Below are positions 60,570 through 64,000 of a stretch of 64,000 nt of DNA, piece by piece. Every line of letters begins with the position of its first letter. Within the stretch, counting starts at the first letter, position 1. The stretch is taken from assembly GCA_963827685.1 (NCBI GenBank), contig CAWHBU010000006.1, forward strand, positions 480,001 to 544,000, written 5' to 3'. The translations under genes and the position numbers were made by a program. The notes under the pieces are model-generated. The model made no database searches, was not told the origin of the DNA, and saw nothing but the letters and a program-made list of their open reading frames with translations. Origin of the DNA: an uncultured delta proteobacterium (GTDB lineage Bacteria > Desulfobacterota > BSN033 > UBA1163).

Positions 60570-61070
60570 ATGAAACTTGAAGGAAGAGTTTGGAAATTCG
60601 GATCGGACGTGGATACAGATGCGATCATTCCTGCCCGCTACCTCAATCAGACGGATGCGGGAGAATTAGCCAAGCATGCGATGGAGGATGAGCGGCCTGA
60701 GTTTAAGAAAGAGGTCAAACAAGGCGACGTCCTGGTAGCCGAAAGGAATTTTGGTTGCGGATCATCCCGGGAACATGCTCCTCTTGCCTTGAAGGCAGTG
60801 GGAATCTCGTGCATCATCGCAGAGAGTTTCGCTCGCATCTTCTACCGAAATGGATTTAACCAGGGGCTCCCTCTCCTCGAATCTTCGGAGGCGTCGAAGG
60901 AGATACAAGATGGCGATCAAGTTCAAATCGATCTGACGACCGGAGAGATTTTTGATCTGACACAGCAGAAGAAATTCTTTGCAAAACCCATCCCACCCTT
61001 TATGCAGGAATTGATCGAGGATGGCGGATTGATCCCGCATCTCCGGAAAAAGGAAACCAGGAAGAGATGA
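60570..61070 (+). CDS. leuD: 3-isopropylmalate dehydratase small subunit
   Basis: DVDTDAIIPARYL, NFGCGSSREHA, SFARIFYRN. Confidence 0.95.
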   Translation: MKLEGRVWKFGSDVDTDAIIPARYLNQTDAGELAKHAMEDERPEFKKEVKQGDVLVAERNFGCGSSREHAPLALKAVGISCIIAESFARIFYRNGFNQGLPLLESSEASKEIQDGDQVQIDLTTGEIFDLTQQKKFFAKPIPPFMQELIEDGGLIPHLRKKETRKR

Positions 61071-61242
61071 CCCTGAAGGATACATGAATATATACAAATT
61101 TCTTGGCGGCTGAATGAAATCCTAAATGCATATAAGCAAGTCCGGCCCCATTTCCTCCCCCTTATCCCGGAATCCAACGACAGCATCACTTTGACAGCCT
61201 GTGCGTACGTGCTTATATTTATATAATCAAGAAGGTAATCCA

Positions 61243-61416
61243 ATGAACCGAAAGCTATTAAAATGGTTTATGATTGTATTGTTCTTGATATCAGCCCTGA
61301 CCGGGTGTTTTATACGTCATGACCGGGATTACTACTGGGATCGCGATGATCGGCACTATCATGATCGGTATGATTGGCAACATCACGATCGGGACGATAT
61401 GCACCATAGGTACTAA
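61243..61416 (+). CDS. Small His/Asp/Arg-rich lipoprotein
   Basis: GAAGG RBS, signal with lipobox MNRKLLKWFMIVLFLISALTG-C, mature part FIRHDRDYYWDRDDRHYHDRYDWQHHDRDDMHHRY. Confidence 0.7.
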   Translation: MNRKLLKWFMIVLFLISALTGCFIRHDRDYYWDRDDRHYHDRYDWQHHDRDDMHHRY

Positions 61417-61845
61417 CGAATTTTCCTCCCTCTGACTCTGAAAAGAGTCGGAGGCAACGGACCCGTCCTCCTCATCATCGAATGCAAAAATGGTCGACCC
61501 TGTCTCTGGATGTGACGAGTGGGAAAAATTTTCAATCCATACAAGATTCGCTAATCCCTTAAAGCAGGCCCTTGGTCGTGCATCTCAGCAAGAAGTGAAA
61601 TTGGGAAGTCTGGCTCTGATAATCCTTTTGGAACGAGAACATGGGAATTGGAAAAAGATCTCCCTTTACCGATCGGGGATAAAAAAAGGAATGGATACTT
61701 TCAAAAATCTAAAGAGGCTGATTAGATTGGGATGAGTTCACTAAAACTTTTTTCTATAAATAGAAACGCCCTCTTTCCTCCGCAAAAAACAAGATCATTT
61801 ATGCTGACTTAAGCAAGTTGTTTTAGAACCAACGTCCCCTTATTC

Positions 61846-62906
61846 TGCATCTCGGAGATGGATAGCCACTATGGGCGATCGGAGACGGAAGGTTTATCGA
61901 TTGTGAGGTGGTGCTTTCCTGCCTCTCAAATAACTGAAATAGACGTTGATCCTTTTATCCAGCGGGTGACGTCACGACGGATCCGTATGGAGAAGAGGCG
62001 GCGATTAGAGGAGGTCTGGGAGAAAGCGGGAGAGTCGATTGGCTGTGAGACAGTGCCTGGAGTGGAGCATGAGGCAAAGGTAATGGTGGAGGGGCTGAGG
62101 CAGATACGAGAGACGATCAAGGAGACGGAAGACAAAATTCAGGAACTATGCGAACAATTCTCGGAATATCGGCCCCTGTTGAGCATTCCTGGCTTTGGTC
62201 CTGATGTATCGGCCAAAGTCTTAGGAGCGATAGGAGATCCGGATCGATTTCAGAATGGAAAACAAGTGCTGAAGCAGTCCGGGTTAGACCTCAGTGCGAA
62301 TCGGAGTGGAAAGAATTCGGACAAGGCGATTCCAGAGATTTCCAAGAGAGGCAAGGCCGATCTTCGCTATGCACTATATCAGGCGGCCCTGATTGCCTCG
62401 ACGAGGAATCAGGATTTTATGCGCTACTATACGAGGAAGCTTCGTGGCCGGGAGAGAGAAAAAGGGGTTCATATGAAGCTGCGAGTGAAGCTATCGGCCA
62501 AAATGCTTCTGATCGCATGGACCTTAATGAAGAAAAAGGAGGCGTTTAATCCGGCTTATCTAAACGCCGAATGAAACCATTTGTCATTTTCGACGAGAGA
62601 GCCGAGAACCAACGTGGAGGCTCATTGGAGACCTCGTGCGGGACAATGCTGGGCCTCTCGCTGAACTTTGGAATCTGGATAAAGGATGATAGGCGGTCCC
62701 GCTTTGGCGGGACACACCGGATAATGATAACGCTGAGATTCAGAGTTCGTTATGGGCGAGAGATTCGTCGAAACCAAAACAACAGACTCTCTGAAGTGAT
62801 TTGACGGGAGAAGTGTTCTCAGCAACAAGCGATCATTTAGAATCTGTTGTTTTTAAAGGTTTTATTTTTTCTTACTTTTTCTCTTGACAGAAGCAATATA
62901 GGATGT
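61846..62906 (+). mobile_element. 5'-truncated IS110-family element (IS1111-like layout, long 3' non-coding end)
   Basis: ORF 61858..62574 has only the C-terminal Tnp domain (LLSIPGFG, GD..RF, SGK, ISKRG...LRYALYQAA). The RuvC-like DEDD domain is absent. The right end has TTGACA ending 15 nt before the GT junction. The left boundary is approximate. Confidence 0.85.
62588..62773 (+). ncRNA. Candidate bridge/seek RNA of the IS110-family element
   Basis: Two stem-loops with large internal loops. The loop strands match the nearby target AGAACCAACGTCCC and the element end ATAGGATGT. Confidence 0.65.
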
Positions 62907-63247
62907 CCCCTTTATAGGACAGAACGTGATGTTACGACATTAAGTTCAGCAGCGAAGCGGTTACAGATAAGGTCTAAGACGGGCTTGGATTTATCGGAGA
63001 GAAAGTTATGAGAAGCCGCTCCCTAAATTTCAATATTGCAACCCCGACCCGAGACCCCCCCTCATAAATTTAAGAAGTCTCATCAAGGTTACTTAAATAA
63101 CTTAAGAACGTCCCCATGGTTCCTCCTGCTCTTGTAAGACCTCCATCCGTCCCTCCCCTTCTGCCCTTTGCTGGGTACACCAGAAAGTAACCTTGGGCTC
63201 GTTCCGATTGTCCGAGGGTATGCCGTTATCTTTACCACAGTCAGAGA

Positions 63248-63273
63248 ATACTATAGTCTGTAGATTTTTAGTC
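63248..63273 (+). promoter_or_regulatory. C-box operator of a restriction-modification controller
   Basis: ATACTATAGTC-TGTA-GATTTTTAGTC, resembling the GACT-N3-AGTC-TGTA-GACT-N3-AGTC layout of PvuII/BamHI-type C-boxes. Confidence 0.7.
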
Positions 63274-63317
63274 TACACTGATAGAACATATATTTTGTTC
63301 TAACTCGCAAAGGAGAG

Positions 63318-63590
63318 ATGATTATGACCCCGGAAGAGGCTTTTGGTAAAGTTCTCAAAGAAATCCGGCATGAGCGTTCTCTTTCACAGGAAGAACTTGG
63401 CTTCGAGAGTGGCTACCACCGAACGTATATCAGCCTCCTTGAACGGGGGAGAAAGAGTCCTTCTCTAAATACGATATTTCAGTTGGTTGCTGCCTTAGGA
63501 GTCTCACCTTCTGAGATTCTCCGCCGAACTGAAGCTCGAATTAGTAAACTCAGCAGAAGAGGTAGCGGAGAAAGGAGAAAGACGAGATGA
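63318..63590 (+). CDS. XRE-family HTH protein, R-M controller (C protein)
   Basis: FG..LKEIR....LSQEELG..SG.HRTYIS.LERG.KSPSL. Preceded by a C-box and overlapping the REase start. Confidence 0.85.
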   Translation: MIMTPEEAFGKVLKEIRHERSLSQEELGFESGYHRTYISLLERGRKSPSLNTIFQLVAALGVSPSEILRRTEARISKLSRRGSGERRKTR

Positions 63591-64000
63591 AAATAATTAG
63601 AGTTGAGCGCTTGATCGATGCCGGGGAATTTTCTGGCACTGAAACATGGAAGACGATAGAGAAGCATATCATGGACGCTATCAAAGCTATAGAATGGCCA
63701 CCTGGCTCAGGTTCCTTCACACTTTACGACCAACCAGGTAAGGCCAGAGGCGAAGGGAGTGGTGTGAAACCAATCAAAGATGCTTGTATGGCCTATTTGA
63801 AGTCTCTTGGCTGGACCCTCGAAGCATCAGTTGATATTGCTACTTTGAAACACCCGGGTCCCATGGATGCTACCTACCCAGTCGGGGACCGCCTTTTTTG
63901 TGCAGAGTGGGAGACAGGAAATATATCTTCAAGTCACCGTGCAGTTAATAAGATGGCCTTAGGGATTCTTAAGAAGGTCCTGATAGGTGGTATATTGATT
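63587..64000 (+). CDS. BamHI-family type II restriction endonuclease (partial, runs off window)
   Basis: Not in the ORF track. MKIIRVERL...WPPGSGSFTL...GVKPIK...GPMD...EWETGNISSSHRAVNKMALG parallels BamHI WP..S.TFT, GVVPIK, GPID and EFETGNISSAHRSMNKLLLG. Confidence 0.88.
   Translation, partial: MKIIRVERLIDAGEFSGTETWKTIEKHIMDAIKAIEWPPGSGSFTLYDQPGKARGEGSGVKPIKDACMAYLKSLGWTLEASVDIATLKHPGPMDATYPVGDRLFCAEWETGNISSSHRAVNKMALGILKKVLIGGILI

Noticed and set aside
61490-61735. 81-aa ORF in the right-hand island
   Set aside because: No RBS, motif or family resemblance. Probably debris.

Overview
This is a 64-kb stretch of a diderm bacterial chromosome. The gene set resembles an anaerobic Desulfobacterota/deltaproteobacterium, which is an inference from gene content. 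Housekeeping blocks are thiolase-crotonase-etfBA, mfd with three PPIases then pdxA, rimO, lysS, lolC/E-lolD-bamA-skp-lpxD-fabZ-lpxA-(Gfo/Idh/MocA)-lpxB-msbA-DUF374-waaA-lpxK, and leuA-leuC-leuD. Four things stand out. (1) A selenium-utilisation operon (yedE-tusA-cysteine desulfurase-yedF-DUF3343-selD) has a selenoprotein SelD with an in-frame UGA and SECIS hairpin. Its 5' leader holds a small ORF with a perfect SD, an in-frame UGA, a SECIS-like hairpin and mutually exclusive 1:2 / 2:3 / 3:SD pairings, making it a candidate selenocysteine-sensing attenuator. (2) A decayed integron (intI 3' remnant, attC-like sites, one cassette) splits surA from pdxA and carries two IS630 elements, an IS1202-type element and a MITE. 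(3) A truncated IS110-family element has a 3' non-coding end that reads as a bridge RNA, with guides matching a neighbouring target and the element's own end. (4) A controller gene plus a BamHI-like endonuclease runs off the right edge. Many intergenic gaps are filled with inverted 7/8-mer repeat arms and nested REP-like hairpins. I saw no tRNA, rRNA or CRISPR array. All product calls come from motif recognition by eye, not from database searches.
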